Of a DNA stretch of 64,000 nucleotides, positions 1-10,729 are shown piece after piece. Origin of the DNA: Setoptus koraiensis. Lineage: Eukaryota; Animalia; Arthropoda. The notes beneath the pieces are model-generated. The model saw only the letters and a list, made by a program, of their open reading frames with translations. It ran no database searches and was not told where the DNA came from. How positions within the stretch are numbered: position 1 is the stretch's first letter; each line of letters opens with the position of its first letter. A program made the position numbers and the translations under genes. The stretch covers positions 21,018,001-21,082,000 of the forward strand of contig CM106586.1 of assembly GCA_048013815.1 (NCBI GenBank). Direction: 5' to 3'.

Positions 1-581
1 CCAGGGGCTGCCTAGACTGATGACATAACAGCAAATAGTGTGAGCTCGCAATTTAAGCGAGGAACATGAATTCGTTATTGGGGCGCTCGATTGATTTGAG
101 CGCATCTTAAAATTTGCTTTCACAAGCAATCCAGTCCATGTTTGTTTACCATCACTCAGAGCTTTATTTTTATTCCTTTCCCATCGAACAAACCCAAACA
201 ATCCCACAGTTTACTCTGAGATAATGCCACAGATAAGCCACCCGAGGTCGGTCGGATAACTCGTGCCAATTCGAAGCCAGCTGCCGTGTTCTTACCTAGT
301 GCCACTCGATGAATTCATATTTTTTCGCGCATTACACTTGAAAAGAAGAAAAATATCCATTAAAATTTTTTTATATTGCCCAGTTTAAGGGATGGGTGGG
401 CGAAAGTGAGGAGCTCGTGCAAAGAGGGGCGCGTCTCTAAGTTGATTGAATGATAAGTGTTGACATAAGGCACGTTGTCGTTGTGGGCAACACCAGATTG
501 CGCAAATAAGAGAGCGTCGTAACGGCTGCAGGGTGACGAGTGCAGTTCAATTATTCAAATGAGCTCATATGAAAAGAGAGG

Positions 582-584
<3 letters not shown>

Positions 585-659
<75 letters not shown>
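585..659. repeat. (GA)n microsatellite
   Basis: Perfect AG dinucleotide run of ~37 units; it explains the RE-repeat ORF at 569-766. Confidence 0.97.
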
Positions 660-662
<3 letters not shown>

Positions 663-3293
663 CACCAGTTTTAGCTGCTCTTGAACAAGCAGATGAAGGA
701 AGAGTAAATTACGTAATGGCTGCTAAGACGAGCGAGCTTCTTAGATGGGGCCTTTTCGTCGTTTGAGATGGGCCAAATTGTAATTTGACAATTTCAAAGG
801 CAGCTTCTGATGCATTAGCTTATCTTTAATGAGGCGCCGGTCAACTCTCCCCTGATTCGAGCCGCTCAATTTGAGCAGCCCGAATCAAACTGACCCAAGC
901 CGGGTAGCAGTAGTTGCGCATTAAGGCTTCTCATCGAAACAAAATCGGGCAAAATCTCGTGCCATTGGCCTTTATATATCTGGCCATTCATTTGAAGGAT
1001 ATCTAGGCACTCATGTGAAGGATATGAACTCTTCATTTGAGGGCCCCTTTTAACTATCAAAAGAGCAACTGCCTCGAGCCGCACACGACTCATATAAACG
1101 AATTAAAAGGGACTATCGTTAATCGATTGGTTCATTCGACGCTAGCCTCCGAAGGAATCGAAAAGAACTAAAAAGAACTAAATCTCTTTCAATAAATCAT
1201 CACAATTTCGTTTTAATTCTACGTGAAGAACATACAGCTAAATAAAAAACAATCACTATGGTTTCTGGCAAGCTTTACCTCGTGGTATTTCTGGTTGTGG
1301 TTTCCGTTATATCACAAGGTGAATGCGCCGAGGAATTGGGTAAGTAACACACAGATTTGTCTAATCAGTAGCGAGATTGAAAAGAATCCTCCACTAACAT
1401 TGTTGCGCGTAATGCATCGCACCATCCAAGAAGATTTCTATGGCGACATTCAGCGAATCGATCCGAAGACTATGATCGACAAGGAAGACAAGACTGGACA
1501 GTATGGTTATGGGGACCCACTGTTATCTTCTCGATACTCAAGGGTACCCGTGTTCTTTCGGATAGCAAAGCCTGACAATACGTTATTTTATCGGTTTGGA
1601 CGATAAATTTGGACCCGTGCTGTCGGGCTAACAGAGTACTTTCTCGAAATGAATGCAGTGGCATAATTATCTGATACAATTCGATATACTATTAGAATTG
1701 AAATATACTAAAGTCATGTCATCAAGTCTCGAGCTTATCATTATCATAGCTTAGTATTATTATATAATAAGATGCGGAGCATCATACATACATTACATAG
1801 TAACGTTGAATACATACAACGAATATGCATGACAAAATACTATTAGTATTATTATCTGTCGCCTCCATTATACATAGTTGTCTATCTGTCTGTCTGTCTC
1901 TCGCTATCTCTTATGAATAATATTAATATAATACTTGTGTGACACTAACAAATAATCATGAATAAACGAATCTAGCATGCAATCAAAATAAGCAAATAGA
2001 CGAAACCAAAATCAGCTCTGGTTAATCAGCGGTAGTTAATTAATTTTAATTGCAAGTTAGTGACTTTTCAATAATTAGCTGCACTCGTCTTTGATCGTCT
2101 TCCGGCAACTAGGGAAGCAGCAACCGTATCTGGCCACGGTCATTGAATATGTGCTCGTAATTTATGAAGCAAGTCTATCTGAACCTATTGTTGATGACCC
2201 GTATCATGTCACGTGTGTCACATAATGTAAATTTATGATTGAGTGGATTCGATTCGAATCACCGAAATCCACTCAATCACTCAACTATATCAAGTACAAT
2301 GTTTGTGAATAGTCGGGGCGTCACATGAGATGGTTTTGTATGAACCAAATATAGTTTTTTTTTGTGTTAGGTGTAAATGAGTGCGCGAACAATGCTAGGT
2401 GCTTGACGGAAGCGCGAGTAAACATTGTATTTAACGGGTGATCGATGGACAAAGCAGACAGGCCATTGAAGAAAATTCGCCCCCTCCACATACTCTCTAT
2501 ACCCGTTTCTGGTTGACGCTGCAAGACGCCTATTAGGCCTCATCCGATTAATAGGAGTTATAATTGGAAAGACAAAGGGCGTGCATGAGTGACGTTGCAT
2601 CTAGATAAATCTCATCCGAGGCTGCCATATGGTCTCTTAATCAACAAGTGTTAATCTCGCCACAGTACTCGATAAACAAGATAATAAAACCGTGATGGCA
2701 ATAATGGCAAGCCATCACAACATTGTTGTACATGCTGGCATCGTTGTGAGCTGACTGGCAAAATGAATGAGACAGTTTGTTTATCTATACGTGATAAACT
2801 GCATGATAACTGTAAGGCTATTGTTGTTCATCAAAATCATAATTGCGAGCATTTTATTTCTTATTTTTGTATTTGTGTGATTGCTCACAATCACAATCGC
2901 AAATGTCAAATGTAATCACGAGAAAGAAAGAAAAAAAAAGATCAGAGCGTCTAGTGTGTTTTTATGCTCTGCTGACTTGCATCTAGAAATGAACAAGCTT
3001 CAAAGACAGAAATCATTTCGTTGTTGTAATCAATGTGGCCTATTATTCTCCAATGCGCCTATCAAGCGAGAATATGTAAATGTATGGGGTCCTTATAATT
3101 GCTAATTAGTCATTAAGATGTTAGATGTTATAAGTAGGCGACCAGTAACGGCGAGTATTAAATGTCGAATGATTAACCGAGGACCTATACTCGTTGCGCA
3201 ATTTCGTTTGTTGTCAATTATGACAATTATGTTGTGATGACGACGATTGTTTTGTAATTGTGCGGTGGATGAATATTGAACATTATGCCGACT

Positions 3294-4238
3294 CTACATG
3301 TGTCTGGTGTTACCAAAGTTCTGTCCACTTTGATTGGCGCCCTTATTGGTACCGTATTGGAGATTGATGACTGTGTCTCCTGCTCTGAGTTGTTCGTCAG
3401 TGAAATCTCTTTTGTTTTCTCTCGAGGGCTTCACGTTAGCACACGAATAAACAAACAAACGAGTTAGTAAACAAACGATTGAAAAAGGATCGGCACAGGT
3501 AATCAATTGGAAGACTATTAATTAATTAATAGTTATGTGCCCCAGATCAGGTTGCTCACCTTTGGTCCCAAGAAGGGTCCTTTGAATTCCGGGTGAAGGT
3601 AACACTGTCGTTGTTGACGATGATAACACGAGCGAGAGATAACAGGGTTATATAACGAGGTTACAACACGGTTTATGTTGAGAACATTTAGAATATTGAG
3701 ATTGTTGAGACTGTGGAGACAGGTGAATGGGTGATGCGCGACAAAGTTCACTTACGGTTCTACCTAGGGCCATGATACACTGGGTGACGGCGGGGATGTT
3801 TCTCCTTTCATAGAGGTCCACAGTTTGAAAAACATCCACATCGGAAACACCGTATTGTTTGCAGGCAACCTGAAAATTGTTTATGTTCTCCATGAACTTG
3901 AACTGGCCGCCCGAGGTGTTGATTTTTCTGATGGATCCGGGCGACAACTTCTGGATGGTTCTGTGTGGGTGGCGAATGACAGCAGATTATCAGTATATAT
4001 CCACATGGGATGTATCTATTGAAATAGAATAAAATTGCGTAATTGCGTGAATGGTGGCTCACCTGCACAGCACTGTTCCGTCGCGCAAAATGTCCTCATA
4101 TTTGCCGGCGGGTAACTTTTCGCCAATGATGGCCTCTATCCAGGCCAACACTTCGGCCTCTAGCTCCTGGTCTCGCTTGCCGGCGATCTTGTTGGCAACC
4201 TGAGCGCTCAAACCGTAGGCTGGACCTCTTGAAGACAT
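3294..4238 (-). CDS. Mp20: Muscle-specific protein 20 / calponin-transgelin family (CH domain plus calponin repeat), 186 aa, 4 exons
   Basis: Exons 4238-4063, 3960-3756, 3604-3560 and 3428-3294 have GT..AG borders and join in frame (561 nt). Protein: MSSRGPAYGLSAQVANKIAGKRDQELEAEVLAWIEAII...KINTSGGQFKFMENINNFQ...FQTVDLYE...FKGPFLGPKPSRENKRDFTDEQLRAGDTVINLQYGTNKGANQSGQNFGNTRHM, typical of Mp20/transgelin. Confidence 0.95.
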
Positions 4239-6130
4239 GTTGCGGCTGGTGTGTTGTTGGTGTTTGTCGATTGAATTGCAAAGCAAATATCGAGTCAAAT
4301 TAAATCAAATATGTAATTTACACAATATGTATGAACAAAAAATGAAGATGCACTTGGAGATAATGTTGATATAATCACAGTTACACGTTGATTAATTTGA
4401 TCGTGGCGATTGCGAAGCGCTCTAACAAAGTTTAACAGATAATGTTGTTTGGCACACAACAACAGCAACGGCAACAACAACGACTAGACGGGAGACGACG
4501 GCAAACAATATTGAGAACAAACTTTAAAGTGACTGACTGACTGACTGGCAACGGCGGCAGCAGCAGCAGCGCAATACATGAATCACGGCAAAATCTCTGC
4601 CGATCTCTGTCGCTTCAGACGCCCTCTAACTCGCGATTTCAGCCTAACCACAGCAGCAGCAGAAGCCGCCGCCTTGGCAGTGCCTCAGTCTAGGCAGGGC
4701 TAAATGGAGCAAATCTAGACAGCAAGTATGAGTCAACTTGATGCGTGTACATGTCTAAAGACAAATGCAAAGATAATCACACTTTGAGAGTAATTAGAAA
4801 CAGAAAGAAGCAGAGGAGAGGAGAGGCGAGACTGAGGCGAGGGACAAGTGCAGTTCAGTGCTCCCCGGTGGCTAGGGCCTCATATGGAATATCTCTATAA
4901 CAAGTTAGACAGATACAGTGCAAGACCTTTGATATTGTTGCTGCTGCTCTCTTTATTTTATTAATAATCTAAACTATCCAATTCTGCGCTTGCTACGCTG
5001 GCTGGTGTTAAAATGAAAGGACCCCGCACTTTGTGAGTGCATGTCGTCGTTTCGATAATAATAATGGACGCCTTGTTATCATTATCACGACGAATATAAA
5101 GAAGAAAAAGAAGAGATATATATATATAAAGCGCAACATAAGCAGCGCATATAGATAAAAAGAGCGAGGCATAAATTTATATCTCGGCGTATAATGATTC
5201 ATACTGCAAGCTGGCAGTGCGAACTGTGCCTGTCGAGCTTATTTGGCTTCGAGCCTCTATGTCCCTGGCGCTGCTGTCTCGCTGTTGTTCATAGTCCATG
5301 TTTTTTGTTCATGCAACAACAGCCATCATCTACATCCATGCACAGGACACAGAGAAAACATAATGGCAAGACAAGAAACAAAAAGATAAGCGACTACACC
5401 CAGCACATATACTCTATTATATAATTCAAGTTAGTAATAGTGGTGCACAAGAGACAAGGAAGTGATTGTTGGAACCAATAGTTTAATAGAAAAACAAATA
5501 CAAACACAACAACTCATCTCATCACCATCTAGACAGCTAACAGCGAACTAGCGAAAAATCGAGTTAGCTCCGGTCGGTTCGTTGGGGTCTTGGTTCGAAA
5601 AATCATACTGTATTATTATTGTGTGTAGTCACAAAAAATACAAGAACACACACAGACACATATCACACAGATCCACAGTGAGATAAACACATGAGGTGCA
5701 TGTTGCAAACTAGATGATAAAATATATCATTGCAATCATCATCGCATTGCATTAGTTTACAACTGTTAGTCAGAGATGCAAGTTCGTTATTTGATACGCA
5801 TTGACGCTAAACATTGTTGTAAATGTGACGACGGCCACAGCCAACCGCTATAGCCAACTCGCTAACCTTGCCGCATCTTCAACAACTTATATTACGTAAC
5901 TATCGTAAATATTATTATTATTATTATCACTCAAACAACTGTGAACAAGCAACCATCTAGACGTGCTAATATCAATGGGGCGCTTCAAAGCAGAATCGCC
6001 ATCGATTGGAATTCTTGATTGGTGGAGCATGAAGGTTGATGGGGCAACAAATGGCATGCTAGATTGACGAGAGCTTTAGGATATGTCTAAACTTTTGTCC
6101 AATTGGCAACTTACTTTTGGAAACTTTCAA

Positions 6131-6140
6131 ATATATATAC
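6131..6140 (+). promoter_or_regulatory. TATA-like element ~-30 upstream of 5S copy 1 (the same ATATATATAC precedes all four copies)
   Basis: ATATATATAC at -32..-23 from the 5S start at 6163, again at 6631-6640 and in the mirrored copies. Upstream AT-rich elements are known for Pol III 5S genes. Confidence 0.55.
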
Positions 6141-6162
6141 TGCCCGCTGACCTCTCCCTTTC

Positions 6163-6281
6163 GTGTAGGACCATACTACGTTGAAAACACCGCATCTCGT
6201 CAGATCTGCGAAGTTAAGCAACGTCAGGCCCGGTTAGTACTTGGGAGGGAGACCACCTGGGAACTCCGGGTGTCCTACACT
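6163..6281 (+). rRNA. 5S rRNA copy 1
   Basis: GTGTAGGACCATACTACGTTGAAAACACCGCATCTCGTCAGATCTGCGAAGTTAAGCAACGTCAGGCCCGGTTAGTACTTGGGAGGGAGACCACCTGGGAACTCCGGGTGTCCTACAC aligns with animal 5S. It has a perfect 9-bp helix I (GTGTAGGAC/GTCCTACAC), box A and box C-like regions, and T-run terminators downstream. Confidence 0.97.
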
Positions 6282-6291
6282 TTTACTTTTT
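6281..6291 (+). terminator. Pol III terminator (T4 followed by T5) after 5S copy 1; equivalent runs follow the other copies
   Basis: TTTTACTTTTT directly after the 3' end; TTTTGCTTTTT at 6781-6791. Confidence 0.8.
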
Positions 6292-6662
6292 GCTAAAAAT
6301 TCATCAACCAATACAATTCTCATTTCCACTTTTAAAACTGATATATAACTCATTACTGATTGATGATTAATAATCATACGTCAACAACATTTTTTTTTTA
6401 ACACGACAACTACTAATTAAGTATAAACCAGCTCTTCACAAAAAGTCGAGACAAACACTCTCAATGAATTCTTATACTGGAGATTCGGGTTGGACATAGA
6501 GGTCCTTCGAGTGACCAGTGGCATTTGAATTGGCAACCATTCTAAATCATCGGCTACTTGAGTTACTTTTTGAAATATTGAAATATTGAAATTTTGGAAT
6601 ACTGAAATTTTGAGATACTGAAATATCAAAATATATATACGGCGCGCGGACCTCTCTCTTTC

Positions 6663-6781
6663 GTGTAGGACCATACTACGTTGAAAACACCGCATCTCGT
6701 CAGATCTGCGAAGTTAAGCAACGTCAGGCCCGGTTAGTACTTGGGAGGGAGACCACCTGGGAACTCCGGGTGTCCTACACT
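6663..6781 (+). rRNA. 5S rRNA copy 2
   Basis: Identical to copy 1 and exactly 500 bp downstream of it. Confidence 0.97.
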
Positions 6782-7013
6782 TTTGCTTTTTGCTAAAAAG
6801 TCTCACAACATGTAATATCCTCATCTGTAATCATACCAATTATTACAATTGTATCAATCAATGATCAACAATTGTCACCAACATGTTTGCTGACACGGAC
6901 ACCTACTATTTAATTATGCCATCGTGAAAAATTATTATTTTTGTTGATTCTATCACAAGTAGTAAACGGACAAGGGCATGAGATAAATAACAATAACAAT
7001 AATAATAAGAAAT

Positions 7014-8612
7014 TTAAAAGTCAACAACGCGGAACTGGGCCAACATTAGAATGCAAAACGTAAACAATACCATTATTGCTGATATTAATGATGACGTGAC
7101 AGGTATCTGGAGTATTCTGGCCTCCATTCGCAAGCTACTTGTGTACAATAGTAGACTGTCGAGATCGTTTCTATCATTGTCCACCATCATCGATATTGCA
7201 CCACTAATGGGCATATGCATGGATCTCAACTCGTGGCCAATGTTCTTGAGCACCAAACAGGCATTGGTCAATCGGAGCGCCTGTCTCACGTGTGTAAATA
7301 TCAAAATAAACCACAGGGACAGTGTTACAAGCAATACAAATGACGATCTAATTGTTAGCACGGCCCCAGTTGGCGGATGCAACAATGCAATAGAGGATAC
7401 TGTTATGCGACAGATGAGATTTAGCAGCAACAATGATACACCAACAGCTTGATCGTTGTTGAGATACTCAATGAAATTTCGCGATTCCTCTACTCGTTTA
7501 AAAAATTCCTGGATGGGAATGCGACGCTCTCGCATCAACGAGCACAAATTATCTATGTAGGATATGTTGAGTTCACAATGAACCGAATAGGTAGTCACTA
7601 TAGCCGCACAAACAAGATCATTCCAGGACGAACAGGCTATCCTAATTACAATAAATGCCTTATGACCGGGAATGAAGGGCCACTGATAATTGCACATCCA
7701 CACGTGCTGATACACCATCTCGTACCAAAAATAATGAAACAATCGCATCACTAGCGCCAACAACACCCACGTTATACACAACCAAAAGAAATTGCGCAAT
7801 TTTCTCACTAGCTTCCTGTGACATATGAGCCATCCGGCGTTGCGGCTACTCTGCAGAAATACGCGCTCCATCAGCGTTTCCAACCGTTCACTTTCTGGCT
7901 TCCTCAAAAAATATAGCACCATAATATAGGAGGTTAAATGGAATAGGCTCGGTATGAGATGGGCGAATTTGGGCCTCTCGTCGCCCTTCAATATTTCACT
8001 GTGGCAGGCGGCATATTCAAGAAAATGTCCGGCCAATATTATCAATGTTATTATAATGGGGTAACTAAAATTCAACGCTCTTATAATACAATGCGGCTCA
8101 ACAGCGCTAAAGAATAACGGTCGCCACCCCAGTATTGATATTAGTCTCAAATATGGGTATAATATGCGTTTTTTACAACACAACAGTATAACAGATATGG
8201 AGGCCTCGTAGCTGAGATGGTCGACATTGACGTCGTTGATTATGTTGACGGATTGCGACGATCCAGATAAATCCATTATTCTGTAGAAGGCTGCGTTGTT
8301 ATGTATAATTGTTGAATGGCTGCTGTTACTGGTAGTATTATTGTTGTTGTTATTATTGTTACTATTAATATTATTATTATTGTTGTTATTGATATTATTA
8401 TTATTGTTATTACCATTACTATAATGTTGGTTGTTACTAAACTCGTCTTCAGGCGACGACGTTGTTGGCGACAAATAATCACGACCATCTCGATAATGTT
8501 GCCGCTGATCATCAGCATTATCGTTGGCGCTAATTAGTCGAGTTGTCGATAGCAGTTGTATCGATGATCTGCAGCGGGCATTTCTAAACTTGCCGTTTTG
8601 CATGTCTCTCAT
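7014..8612 (-). CDS. Intronless multi-pass membrane protein, gustatory-receptor-like/7TM ion channel superfamily (probably GrlHz/CG3831-like), ~532 aa
   Basis: Long open frame; the first ATG is at 8612, whereas the track starts at a GTG at 8672. An N-terminal poly-Asn tract is followed by ~7 hydrophobic segments (KRILYPYLRLISILGWRP...). The C-terminus EARILQIPVTSSLISAIMVLFTFCILMLAQF resembles the TM7 hhhhQF ending of Gr-type proteins. The family call is from memory, not a search. Confidence 0.75.
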   Translation of the reverse strand: MRDMQNGKFRNARCRSSIQLLSTTRLISANDNADDQRQHYRDGRDYLSPTTSSPEDEFSNNQHYSNGNNNNNNINNNNNNNINSNNNNNNNNTTSNSSHSTIIHNNAAFYRIMDLSGSSQSVNIINDVNVDHLSYEASISVILLCCKKRILYPYLRLISILGWRPLFFSAVEPHCIIRALNFSYPIIITLIILAGHFLEYAACHSEILKGDERPKFAHLIPSLFHLTSYIMVLYFLRKPESERLETLMERVFLQSSRNAGWLICHRKLVRKLRNFFWLCITWVLLALVMRLFHYFWYEMVYQHVWMCNYQWPFIPGHKAFIVIRIACSSWNDLVCAAIVTTYSVHCELNISYIDNLCSLMRERRIPIQEFFKRVEESRNFIEYLNNDQAVGVSLLLLNLICRITVSSIALLHPPTGAVLTIRSSFVLLVTLSLWFILIFTHVRQALRLTNACLVLKNIGHELRSMHMPISGAISMMVDNDRNDLDSLLLYTSSLRMEARILQIPVTSSLISAIMVLFTFCILMLAQFRVVDF

Positions 8613-8663
8613 GATCTTATGCAATGCCTTCAAACCTTTTATCTTGGTCGCAAAAAATACTAC

Positions 8664-8709
8664 TTGTCTCACTACTCCGTTTTTTGTCTCACTACTCCGT
8701 TTTTTGTCT
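8664..8709. repeat. 20-bp tandem duplication (TTGTCTCACTACTCCGTTTT x2 plus partial)
   Basis: Seen directly, ~50 bp upstream of the 7TM gene ATG. Confidence 0.9.
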
Positions 8710-9639
8710 GCCTAACAAGTTACTGTGATTTGGACACATTGCCAGCACACATTCGAATAATAATTGAATAGCGATTCCTTGTAGCAAGTTGTAACGAAGC
8801 TCTGCATCAATTCGCGGAATTGTTCCCGAGTTTAGTGTGATCATCGTCAGTTGTGTATTGTTATACACAGTGACAAACAAAAAAGCAAGCAACATCATTC
8901 ATCAGGTGAACTCTCTATAATTAGATAATAATTTGTGAACAGTATTACACAATGTTGTGTTTGTCAGCGACAGAGAAACGAGAGATTTTAGCGAATCGAT
9001 TTGATCGCATTCATTTGTTCAGATAATCGCTGCAGAGATAGTTGGCTGCCGCCAGTGAAAACTGACAACAACTTTGCCTGGCCAATGTTGCAACAGGTTT
9101 GCGACAATAATCAACATACACAGATATAGACTGTCATATGCGCTGCGTCAAGATAATGAGATGTTGAGATTATCCTTTCGCCTCGGATTGCTATCATCTC
9201 ATGAATAATAGAATCATGATGGCGATATTATTATCTCTCTCGATGGTCGTTCGAGTCCTTTGAGGGCATAACAAATCACTTTGTGTTTGGTTGCCATCAC
9301 TTTCGTTTGTGCAGCTATTATCGCCTCGACCATTATGTAACGAACAACATCAGACCAACAAATAGTCGTTCAGCCGGAACCACAAAAAGTTCATCTGAAA
9401 AGGTGAAAAGCCTGCCTCGCATAGATGGTGAGTTAATCTCACCAATGAGTTAATCTCATAGATGAGAGTATAGTGTTGAATGAGTGGGCGAGACACGATA
9501 ACTGTTTGTCGCACCTCCCAAAGATAAGTAAAAGTTTAATCATTATCATTACACGTGATTGTTATTAATATCACTCTTTTCATATCATCATTGCAAATGA
9601 GAATTTTACTTGTTGTGAGGCTTTTTAGCAAAAAGCAAA

Positions 9640-9758
9640 AGTGTAGGACACCCGGAGTTCCCAGGTGGTCTCCCTCCCAAGTACTAACCGGGCCTGACGT
9701 TGCTTAACTTCGCAGATCTGACGAGATGCGGTGTTTTCAACGTAGTATGGTCCTACAC
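9640..9758 (-). rRNA. 5S rRNA copy 3 (mirror of copy 2)
   Basis: Its reverse complement is identical to copies 1 and 2, and its flanks match copy 2. Confidence 0.97.
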
Positions 9759-10140
9759 GAAAGAGAGAGGTCCGCGCGCCGTATATATATTTTGATATTT
9801 CAGTATCTCAAAATTTCAGTATTCCAAAATTTCAATATTTCAAAATTTCAAAAAGTAACTCAAGTAGCCGATGATTTAGAATGGTTGCCAATTCAAAATG
9901 CCACTGGTCACTCGAATGACCTCTATGTCCAACCAGAATCTCCGGTATAAGAATTCATTGAGAGTGTTTGTCTCGACTTTTTGTGGATAGCTGGTTTATA
10001 CTTAATTAGTAGTTGTAGTGCTAAAAAAAACATGTTGTTGACGTATGATTATTAATCATCAATCAGTAATGAGTTATATATCAGTTTTAAAAGTGGAAAT
10101 GAGAATTGTATTGGTTGATGAATTTTTAGCAAAAAGTAAA

Positions 10141-10259
10141 AGTGTAGGACACCCGGAGTTCCCAGGTGGTCTCCCTCCCAAGTACTAACCGGGCCTGACG
10201 TTGCTTAACTTCGCAGATCTGACGAGATGCGGTGTTTTCAACGTAGTATGGTCCTACAC
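10141..10259 (-). rRNA. 5S rRNA copy 4 (mirror of copy 1)
   Basis: Its reverse complement is identical to copies 1 and 2, and its upstream flank matches copy 1 (TGCCCGCTGACCTCTCCCTTTC). Confidence 0.97.
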
Positions 10260-10729
10260 GAAAGGGAGAGGTCAGCGGGCAGTATATATATTTGAAAGTT
10301 TCCAAAAGTAAGTTGCCAATGGTTGAGACACAGCCTATAGCTCTCGTCAACCCAAGATGTCATTACTATTTGGACTCATTCGCATTTGGATAAATTCAAT
10401 TGTAAATCTCTGATACGAGATTCTGTATTGATGGTATTTGTTTCAACTTTTTGTGACTTCTGATTTAGACTGTATTCAACCATATTTAGTTGGAGCAAAT
10501 CAGAGCAAGGACGCATCAATGATCAGTCATTGTCACGATTTGGACAGCGACGATTGATTCTTTAATTGGTTTCATTGGGTGCACTTGTATGGATAGTGTA
10601 CTCGTATCAATTACAATATATCGGCCGCGCTAGTATTATATATATATATGTACCCATGATAACAATATTTCGGTACTTGTCGGCGTGAAACTACAATAGT
10701 TTTTTGTCCTTTATCCGACGATCTCTGTC

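Larger units (their letters stand above)
6064..6830 (+). repeat. Left arm of a long inverted repeat carrying two 5S rRNA genes
   Basis: Reverse complement of ~9590-10350. By hand alignment the 5S genes are identical and the inter-5S spacer differs by ~9 substitutions and 1 indel over ~380 nt. The outer and inner edges decay gradually. Confidence 0.93.
9590..10350 (-). repeat. Right arm of the long inverted repeat carrying two 5S rRNA genes
   Basis: Mirror image of 6064-6830. Confidence 0.93.

Noticed and set aside
569-766. ORF with an RE dipeptide run
   Set aside because: It is the translation of a (GA)n microsatellite, with no other coding signal.
3500-3510. TGGAAGACTA matches the 5' end of miR-7; similar partial matches to miR-219 (~12980) and bantam (~18110)
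   Set aside because: Only 9-12 nt match, the rest of each mature sequence is absent and there is no hairpin. The miR-219-like match lies in a coding exon.
6590-6598. AATTTTGG Sm-site-like motif in the 5S spacer, suggesting an SL RNA linked to 5S as in nematodes
   Set aside because: It is part of the TGAAAT(A/T)T repeat. I saw no leader with a GGTA donor or SL stem-loops.
6417-6695. ORFs 6417-6695 (-) and 9726-9950 (+), MRCFQRSMVL...
   Set aside because: They are antisense readings of the 5S gene and spacer, and the two copies differ by a frameshift.
6064-10350. Composite transposon or MITE interpretation of the inverted repeat
   Set aside because: There is no transposase, no sharp terminal inverted repeat ends and no target-site duplication; the arm edges decay gradually.
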